Source: Nitrospirota bacterium (GTDB taxonomy: Bacteria > UBA2233). Taken from it: a stretch of 41,025 nt of DNA. The stretch is taken from the NCBI GenBank assembly GCA_011620345.1, contig WOZJ01000049.1, forward strand, positions 1 through 41,025, read 5' to 3'. The notes under the pieces were generated by a model. It saw only the letters and a program-made list of their open reading frames with translations. It had not been told where the DNA came from and searched no databases. The position numbers and the translations under genes are program-made. Within the stretch, counting starts at the first letter, position 1. Each line of letters starts with the position of its first letter. This document shows, one piece after another, positions 34,741-41,025 of this stretch.

Positions 34741-36081
34741 TTAGATTAAGAAAAAAAGTCCGAGCGCCTCTTTGAGGTTTTTCCCGCAACCAAAGAAACG
34801 CTCCCTTAAGACCATCGCCGGGTTCTTCCCCTCGGCCATAAGCTCCATCAGCCCCTCTAAAAAGACCTCTTCGCCGTACCCTCGCCTTTCAAGCCCTCTT
34901 TTGGATGCATCGACAAGCGCCTTGGCGAGCTCTGGTAGGTCCGCTTCCTTGATCCTGCCATCAAGCCCAAGCCTTGGGACGGTTCGGTAGAGCGAAACGA
35001 ACGCCTCCTGAGGAAAACCGTCCAGCAACCCCTCGGCCTCTTGGGTGGCCTGCTCATCGTAAAGAAGCCCCACGAGCAAGGCCGCGGGAGCGAGCACCAA
35101 GGCCTTTGGAAGGCTATCGGCCCCCCGCACTTCGAAGAACGTCTTGACCCGGACTTCCGGAAAAACCAAAGACAGATGGAGCACGAAATCCGAAAGCGTC
35201 GGACGACGTCCACCGAGCCCCTCTTCTAAAAACCTTCGGAAAGGGATGGGAGGCACGGGCAAAAGCCGGCCTTCTTCTTCTAGAAGGATGATTGGGATGT
35301 CGAGAACGTAGTCTAGGTAATCGCGAAGCGTTACACCTTGGCCCATGAGGGAAGGGACAAGCCCGCACCTGTCGGGGTCGGTATCTTGCCAGATCGCCGC
35401 TCGTTCGGTCTGGTAGCCGTTTGGCCTTCCTAAACCGATCGGGGAGTTCGCAAACAGGGCTTGGTAGACGGGCGTCAGACGAAAGCAAAGCCTCACCTTC
35501 CGAAGCAAGTCCTGTATGGAAGTATAATCCAGGTTCACCTGGATCGTGGCCGTCCGCTTCATCATGTCTAACGCCCTTGAGCCTTTTTTGGACAGATAGG
35601 GCGCCATGATGCCGTAACGCGGCTTAGGAACCGTCTCGATCGCGTAGCTCGGACTCACCGGATGAAGGCCTGCGCCTAGAAATCCAACCCCTTTGGCAAG
35701 AGGATGCCCGCTTACCTCCTGTAAGAACGCTTCATGCTCGTTCCGGCATTCCAGTAGGGTCTTAAGAGGAGAGCCGCTGAGTTCGAGTTGGCCTCCCGGT
35801 TCTAGGGCGACCAGGCGGCCCTCTTTCTCTAGGCCGATGAGCCTCCCCTCCTCACAAATGGGACCATAGCCGTGCGAACGGATGAGGTGGGTAAATATAG
35901 GAAGAATATGATCGGTGTAGCGAATCGCCTTAAGGGAATCGCGAAGAACGCCCAGCGCCTCAAACTCGATCCCAATCCTTCGCTCTTCGGAAGGCTTTAC
36001 GCCGTCTTTAAAGTATTTCTCGAGGTCTTGGATGCTCTCCAGAATTCGGTTACCATGCTCTAGGGTGATCTTCGTGGACAT
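34741..36081 (-). CDS. gshA: Glutamate--cysteine ligase (GCS2, plant/alphaproteobacterial type)
   Basis: IGIEFE, LEPGGQLELSG, PKPRY, MMKRTATIQVNLDY, FANSP, IWQDTDPDRCG and FPEVRVK..EVRGAD motifs. Confidence 0.92.
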   Translation of the reverse strand: MSTKITLEHGNRILESIQDLEKYFKDGVKPSEERRIGIEFEALGVLRDSLKAIRYTDHILPIFTHLIRSHGYGPICEEGRLIGLEKEGRLVALEPGGQLELSGSPLKTLLECRNEHEAFLQEVSGHPLAKGVGFLGAGLHPVSPSYAIETVPKPRYGIMAPYLSKKGSRALDMMKRTATIQVNLDYTSIQDLLRKVRLCFRLTPVYQALFANSPIGLGRPNGYQTERAAIWQDTDPDRCGLVPSLMGQGVTLRDYLDYVLDIPIILLEEEGRLLPVPPIPFRRFLEEGLGGRRPTLSDFVLHLSLVFPEVRVKTFFEVRGADSLPKALVLAPAALLVGLLYDEQATQEAEGLLDGFPQEAFVSLYRTVPRLGLDGRIKEADLPELAKALVDASKRGLERRGYGEEVFLEGLMELMAEGKNPAMVLRERFFGCGKNLKEALGLFFLI

Positions 36082-36135
36082 TCCTTCTCCAAACTCGCTT
36101 CTTGTCCTTAAAGGCTAGCACGGAAGGGTGCGAAC

Positions 36136-37089
36136 ATGAAACAATCGGGCAGCGATAGGCTTCTTTTTCTCATCGATCCTCCAAGCAAGCTAAACCCAAG
36201 AACCGACACAACCATCGCGCTGATGGAAGCGGCCATCAGGCGTGGGCTTTCGGCGTACTGGTGCGAGATTGTAGACCTAGAAGCCCGCAACCATCTCCCC
36301 TTCGCTCGCGCAAAAAAGGCCGCGACCGGTGCCTTAAAAACGCTTTCTTTCGAGACGCATGCCCTTTCGGAAACGCTCCCGCTAGAAGCCTTCCGGCTAG
36401 TTTTCATGCGCAAAGACCCGCCCGTAAGCGCGGATTATCTCTACGCCACACAAATCCTCGAACTGGCCAGGGAGGCGAAGGTAATCAACACCCCAGAGGG
36501 TCTAAGGGCGGCAAATGAAAAGCTATTCGTCCTGCGCTTTCCAGCATTGACCCCGCAAACATTCGTAAGCCGAAAGACCGAATCGCTCAAGGCATTCCTA
36601 AAGGAACAGGGCGGAAGGATGGTCGTCAAGCCGCTTTGGGGGGCCGGTGGAGAAAGGGTTTTTCTGGTCCGAGAAGACGACCCAAACAAAAGCACGATCT
36701 TGGAGACGATCACCGAGCACGAAACCAGGCTTGCTATGGCCCAGGCCTACATCCCGGAGGTTATCCAAGGGGACAAGCGGATTTTACTCTGGAAAGGCGA
36801 GCCCGTCGGGGCCGTTCTACGTATTCCTCGGCAAGGCGAGCTTCGGGGCAACCTGCACGTCGGGGCCGCTTCGGCCATGGCCTCGCTCACTTCCAGAGAC
36901 CTGATGATCTGCGAGGCGCTCAAACCCGCGCTCGTGTCCATGGGACTTTTCTTTGTCGGGATCGACGTGATCGGCCCTTATTTGACAGAGGTCAACGTAA
37001 CCTCCCCGACGGGCGTGCGCGAGTACAACGCGCTCCACAAAGCTGCGCTCGAAGAGGAAATTCTCGAGCTGGCCCTTAAAGAGGGCTAG
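36136..37089 (+). CDS. gshB: Glutathione synthetase
   Basis: DTTIALM, MRKDPP, NEKL, GDKRI, RGNLHVG, GIDVIG and TEVNVTSPTG motifs. Confidence 0.95.
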   Translation: MKQSGSDRLLFLIDPPSKLNPRTDTTIALMEAAIRRGLSAYWCEIVDLEARNHLPFARAKKAATGALKTLSFETHALSETLPLEAFRLVFMRKDPPVSADYLYATQILELAREAKVINTPEGLRAANEKLFVLRFPALTPQTFVSRKTESLKAFLKEQGGRMVVKPLWGAGGERVFLVREDDPNKSTILETITEHETRLAMAQAYIPEVIQGDKRILLWKGEPVGAVLRIPRQGELRGNLHVGAASAMASLTSRDLMICEALKPALVSMGLFFVGIDVIGPYLTEVNVTSPTGVREYNALHKAALEEEILELALKEG

Positions 37090-37514
37090 GCCGCCTCGTT
37101 CGTATCCTTGCCGTTTTGCTTGGCAAACTTGCCGATCGTATGCTTCGAGAGCTCCACCTTGAACACCTCCTGAATTTTTACCCAGGCCGGATACACGTCG
37201 CAAATGGCCTCTCTGGAGCATGCCCCCTGGTAGCGAAGGCACTCGTTGAGCGCAATCTGCCCCTCGACCGCCTCAATCACCTCGAACAGCGTGATTTTGG
37301 CCGGCTTCTTGTTCAAGAAAATCCCACCCTTGTTTCCCCGTACCGTACGGATCAACCCGGCCTTGGCAAGGGCCTGGATAATCTTTGAGAGGTACATCTT
37401 GGGAATATCCTGCCTCTTGGCAATGTCCTCGGTATGGATCGGGCCCTTCTCGTGATGTTGGGCAAGGTCGATCATTGCCCTGATGGCGTAATCGCCCTGT
37501 CTGGATAGCTGCAT
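37086..37514 (-). CDS. Rrf2 family transcriptional regulator with three Cys (putative Fe-S ligands)
   Basis: DYAIRAM, YLSKIIQAL, RGNKGG, ITLFEVIEAVEG and C-x5-C-x5-C motifs; AGGAGG RBS. Confidence 0.93.
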   Translation of the reverse strand: MQLSRQGDYAIRAMIDLAQHHEKGPIHTEDIAKRQDIPKMYLSKIIQALAKAGLIRTVRGNKGGIFLNKKPAKITLFEVIEAVEGQIALNECLRYQGACSREAICDVYPAWVKIQEVFKVELSKHTIGKFAKQNGKDTNEAA

Positions 37515-37544
37515 GCCGCTTCCCTCCTAAAAAATGGTTTTTGG

Positions 37545-37768
37545 TTAGTCCCTTGGCCTTGGCATTTCCTTCCCGGATGCAGAAAACATGGGAATAACGA
37601 GCGCATCTTTCGGCAGATGGCCTGTTGTACTCTTCAAGAATTCAGCTCTGGCAGGGGCCGAAAGAACGCCTTAGCCTTTTGCGCCAAGGGGTCTTCCTGC
37701 GCGCTCCCGAGCCCAACCATCCCTAGAACGCCGAGCAAACCGAATAAGAAAAAGGGCGATATCTTCAC
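37545..37768 (-). pseudogene. Di-haem cytochrome c peroxidase remnant: signal peptide/N-terminus and C-terminus kept, middle deleted
   Basis: GGAGGG RBS; GTG 37768 gives MKISPFFLFGLLGVLGMVGLGSAQEDPLAQKAKAFFRPLPELNS*; another frame (37646-37545) gives AEFLKSTTGHLPKDALVIPMFSASGKEMPRPRD*. Confidence 0.6.
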
Positions 37769-37807
37769 CCAAGCCCTCCAGACACTTTGAGATTGTATTT
37801 TCTATTT

Positions 37808-37837
37808 ATTATACCCTCTTTGGAGGGTAACCTTCAA
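37808..37837 (-). promoter_or_regulatory. Sigma70 promoter TTGAAG-N18-TATAAT with a TACCCTC-N4-GAGGGTA palindrome in the spacer
   Basis: -35 at 37832-37837, -10 at 37808-37813, palindrome at 37812-37829. Confidence 0.55.
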
Positions 37838-37886
37838 ACAACGCATTTTTTCGGCCCGTTTGCTCCTTTCCCCCTCCGGCCGGAGC

Positions 37887-38717
37887 CTACAGGAAAAAAT
37901 CCGGAATCAGCTCTTCTGGAGAAAGCGAGGGGTCGAGCTGATAGGAAGAAAAATCGCTCACCCCCTCTTCTTTGAGGACGTCTTCGTCCACAAAGAAATT
38001 CCCTGTACAGGTCCTGCTGTCCCGGGTAATGACGGCATAGGCCGCATCCGCCGTGATTTCGGGTTTTCGGCTTTTCCGGATGGATTCTTCGCCGCCTAGC
38101 ATGTGCTGAACGGCCGCGGTGGCGATCATCGTTTTGGGCCAAAGGCAGTTGAAGGCTATGCCGTCCTTTTTGAACTCCTCGCTCATCCCGAGCGCCAGCA
38201 GGCTCATTCCGAATTTAGAGATCGTATAGGCGACGTGCGGGGCAAACCAGCGGGCCTCGAGGCTTGGAGGGGGAGAAAGGGTCAGCACATGCGGGTTTGA
38301 TGACTTTTTTAGGAAAGGGATACAAGCTTTGGAGCAAAGAAACGTCCCCCGCGTATTCACGGCCATCATCAAATCGTAGCGCTTCATCTCGGTCTCCAAC
38401 GTCCCGGTCGGGCTGAGCGCGCTGGCGTTGTTTATAAGGATGTCTATCCCCCCGAAGGTTTCGACCGCCTTTGCCACGGCGGATTGAACCTGATCTTCAA
38501 ACCGGATGTCTACCAGGCATGGAAGGGCCATGCCGCCCGCCTTCTCGACTTCTTCGGCTGCGTCGTAGATCGTCCCCGAAAGCTTGGGATGGGGTGAAGA
38601 AGTCTTGGCGGCGATGACGATGTTGGCCCCGTCTATGGCCGCCTTCAGGGCGATGGCCCTTCCGATTCCACGGCTGGCACCCGTAATAAACAACGTTTTT
38701 CCACGAAGTGGTTGCAT
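37887..38717 (-). CDS. Short-chain dehydrogenase/reductase (HSDL2-like)
   Basis: TGASRGIG, NNASA, YTISK (YxxxK) and LWPKTMIATAA motifs. Confidence 0.92.
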   Translation of the reverse strand: MQPLRGKTLFITGASRGIGRAIALKAAIDGANIVIAAKTSSPHPKLSGTIYDAAEEVEKAGGMALPCLVDIRFEDQVQSAVAKAVETFGGIDILINNASALSPTGTLETEMKRYDLMMAVNTRGTFLCSKACIPFLKKSSNPHVLTLSPPPSLEARWFAPHVAYTISKFGMSLLALGMSEEFKKDGIAFNCLWPKTMIATAAVQHMLGGEESIRKSRKPEITADAAYAVITRDSRTCTGNFFVDEDVLKEEGVSDFSSYQLDPSLSPEELIPDFFL

Positions 38718-38793
38718 CTTGGAGCGACCCTCTTAGCACACAGGACGTTGAAGGGTATTATACTCAAATTCTCGAAAAACAAAAAATTTGGGT

Positions 38794-39615
38794 TCAGGGA
38801 ACTTTGGATAAAACATCCGAGATCGCCTCGGCAAAGCCTTGGGGCGCGATGTGGAGCGCCCTTCTTTGGCATGGAACGGAGGCAAGCGCGCTTTGATCTA
38901 CCCAGGGGTTGGGGATGACAAAGGGGATGTCTACGGCGTTCAGCATGGGAAGGTCATTTTGAGCATCGCCAAGCCCTACGCTCAAGCACTCGGGCCACAA
39001 GCGCGCAAAGAGCGAGCGCAGCGAAAGGACCGCTCGGCCTTTGTCGTTTGGGCCGAGCGCGTGCGCGAACCTTCCTCCTTGGGTAAGGTGCAACCCTTCC
39101 TTGGCCAGGCAAGCCCTTAACCGCTCGAAGCTTTTCTTCATGGAGGCATCCATAACCAGCGGCTCGTCGTACTCTCTGGCCCTTGCAAGCCGGGCCAGCT
39201 CCAATGGTAGCCCCGTCCTTTCGGCAACCTCTGCGTCATCCATCGAGGCGAACCCTAGAAACTTTACGCCTAAGGCGCAAGAGGCACGCCCGAGAGCTTC
39301 CAGAATCCTTGCCCTCTGGGTCCCGAACTCCATAACGAAGTACCCCTCGGCTAACTCCCTGGCACCTTCCACAGGAAAGGGAAACGAGCCTTTCGGGATG
39401 AAGACGGCCGCGCCGTTTTCGACCACGAACGGGTCGTGATTGCAGAAAATGTTCCTGTAATGCTCGATTTCCGCGCGCGTCTTGCTCGAGACAAGCACCA
39501 GTGGAACTCCCCTTGCCTTAAGGGCGTCAATGGCGGGCAAGGCCGCCTCGAACTCGTACGTCTTGGCATGAAGGAGCGTGCCATCCATGTCTGAAAAAAC
39601 GACGAGCCTAGGCAT
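38794..39615 (-). CDS. Mannosyl/glucosyl-3-phosphoglycerate phosphatase (HAD-IIB)
   Basis: DMDGTLL, SSKTRAE, ENGAA, REYDEP, GGRF and GDAQND motifs. Confidence 0.9.
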   Translation of the reverse strand: MPRLVVFSDMDGTLLHAKTYEFEAALPAIDALKARGVPLVLVSSKTRAEIEHYRNIFCNHDPFVVENGAAVFIPKGSFPFPVEGARELAEGYFVMEFGTQRARILEALGRASCALGVKFLGFASMDDAEVAERTGLPLELARLARAREYDEPLVMDASMKKSFERLRACLAKEGLHLTQGGRFAHALGPNDKGRAVLSLRSLFARLWPECLSVGLGDAQNDLPMLNAVDIPFVIPNPWVDQSALASVPCQRRALHIAPQGFAEAISDVLSKVP

Positions 39616-40822
39616 TGTCTGCCTCGATCGCCTCTCTTAGCCTGTCTTGAAAATCAGGGATGGCCGAGGTAACACGGCTCCAGTTGGGGATGAGCGGCGT
39701 TCCGGCCGGGTCCGCTAAGAACGCCTCGCCGGCCGTCCGGATTGCCTGGGCGAATGTCTCGGCGGCGAGCTCCTCTGCATGCCGGTCGTAAGAAAGCCCG
39801 TTGATGGCCGAATCGTCGGAGTAACGCTTGATCGCATCCTGGGCGGAACGCAAGTAGACAACCATAAGCGTATCGAAAAACCCCTTCGTAAGCATCACCC
39901 CTTCGATGGCGAGCGAGCGGAACAGCATCTTTGCAATCTCAATGCTCATTTTCAAAAGCCCGGACGTTGGGTCTTCGTGCGAGACTTCCTTGTGCTTGTG
40001 CTCGTAGGTCTCGCAGACTTCCACCTGGCAAACGCGCACCGAGGACACCTTGCGGTAGACCTCCGAGAGAATCCCCACCTCGAGCCCCCAGTCCACTGGA
40101 ATCCTGTGGAGCCTGGCCAAATCGGTCGTCATGGCGAATTCCCCGGAGAGTGCGTAGCGGAAGCTGTCTAGAAATTCAAGGAACGGGCTTTCTCCAAGAA
40201 TACGGCGCGTCGCGCGCACGAACGGCGTAAAGAACAGCCGCATGACCCTTCCGTACATCTTTTCGGCCACGCGGGCGTAATAGCCCTTGGAGAAGGCGTA
40301 ATCGAGGTCCGGGCTGACGACGGGGTAGATGAGCCTGGCTAAGAGCTCTTTGGAGTAGTTCCGGATGTCGCAGTCGTGGAAGGCTATCACGTCGGCCGTT
40401 CCCTTTGCGAGCACATAACCCTCGGCTATCCAGATCGCCCTTCCCTTGCCAGGGGCCCCCAAAAACAACCCGTTACTCTCGAGCTCGGCAAACATAGACG
40501 CGACTCTCGGGCTTTCGTGCCAAAGGATTGTCACCCTTTCCCCAAGCCCTGCAAAAAACGCCCTGGCGTGCAAGAACTCCTCTTCGCTCGCCCTGTTCAG
40601 GCTTACGACGATCTCTTGTAGGTAATCCGCCCCCTTAAGCTCCGCAACAATCCTTTGTAGCGCCTCGCGCTTGAGCTCTTCATAAAGGCATGGCAACACG
40701 AGCGCGGTGGGACAAGCCCGCACAAAGCGGCGGAGATCGTCTTCCAGACGCTTGAGAGCACCCGCCCCGGCATTCAGCCGGTGCAGCGTCGCGATCAGTT
40801 CGGTTTGATGAAAATCAGACAA
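39608..40822 (-). CDS. gpgS: Glucosyl-3-phosphoglycerate synthase-like glycosyltransferase
   Basis: MSDFHQ..IATLH, GKGR, HDCDI, KGYYAR, GRVMRL, YALSGEF, DWGLEVG and YEHKH motifs; adjacent to a cognate phosphatase. Confidence 0.82.
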   Translation of the reverse strand: MSDFHQTELIATLHRLNAGAGALKRLEDDLRRFVRACPTALVLPCLYEELKREALQRIVAELKGADYLQEIVVSLNRASEEEFLHARAFFAGLGERVTILWHESPRVASMFAELESNGLFLGAPGKGRAIWIAEGYVLAKGTADVIAFHDCDIRNYSKELLARLIYPVVSPDLDYAFSKGYYARVAEKMYGRVMRLFFTPFVRATRRILGESPFLEFLDSFRYALSGEFAMTTDLARLHRIPVDWGLEVGILSEVYRKVSSVRVCQVEVCETYEHKHKEVSHEDPTSGLLKMSIEIAKMLFRSLAIEGVMLTKGFFDTLMVVYLRSAQDAIKRYSDDSAINGLSYDRHAEELAAETFAQAIRTAGEAFLADPAGTPLIPNWSRVTSAIPDFQDRLREAIEADNA

Positions 40823-41025
40823 AAGAGCCCCTTTCCCTTTTAAGGCGGCCTATGGAGCCTTTTGGGCCTGCTCGCTCTACTAGGCCGTCAAGGTATAACC
40901 GCAGCCTTTCCCCTTAGTGTACCAATATGCCCTGGACTTTAAAAAAGGAGCTAAGTGGAGCGCTCATGCCTCGCCCGTTTGTTTTCTTCTTGTTCTGCGC
41001 TATGATAATTTGCGGTTGAACCATT

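Noticed and set aside
37634-37636. TGA in the peroxidase remnant as selenocysteine or recoded Trp
   Set aside because: The recognisable C-terminal part is in a different frame, and TGA serves as a normal stop in other genes here (e.g. alaS, Memo)

Overview
About 41 kb of GC-rich chromosomal DNA from a Gram-negative bacterium (BamD and TolC are present). It is probably a metagenomic or draft scaffold, because the single 100-N gap is flanked by an exact 55-bp duplication. Most genes are housekeeping or metabolic: plsC, Ni-SOD, two acyl-CoA dehydrogenases, rmuC, arsM, a Memo-family protein, TolC, rsmI, xseB, dtxR-feoA-feoB-cobU, rng, cinA/pncC-thpR-recA-alaS, bamD, a rhomboid protease, HU, an M20 peptidase, gshA/gshB, an Rrf2 regulator and gpgS-mpgP. 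I saw no CRISPR array, tRNA, rRNA, transposase or phage gene. The most unusual signals are: (1) a stand-alone 74-codon secreted Cys-rich gene with a CXXXCH motif and its own near-consensus promoter, operator-like palindrome, RBS and terminator; (2) a secreted, strongly cationic Pro-rich protein built from about 25 pentapeptide units; (3) three 'hollowed-out' gene remnants that lost their middles (PAS-STAS, GT4 glycosyltransferase, cytochrome c peroxidase); (4) a dispersed REP/BIME-like intergenic repeat family; (5) an NtrC-like regulator lacking GAFTGA and a canonical Walker B, upstream of an MDR-dehydrogenase and Cys-less QueD-like gene pair; (6) an orphan V4R-STAS (RsbR-like) sensor. All family assignments come from recognising motifs by eye, not from database searches.
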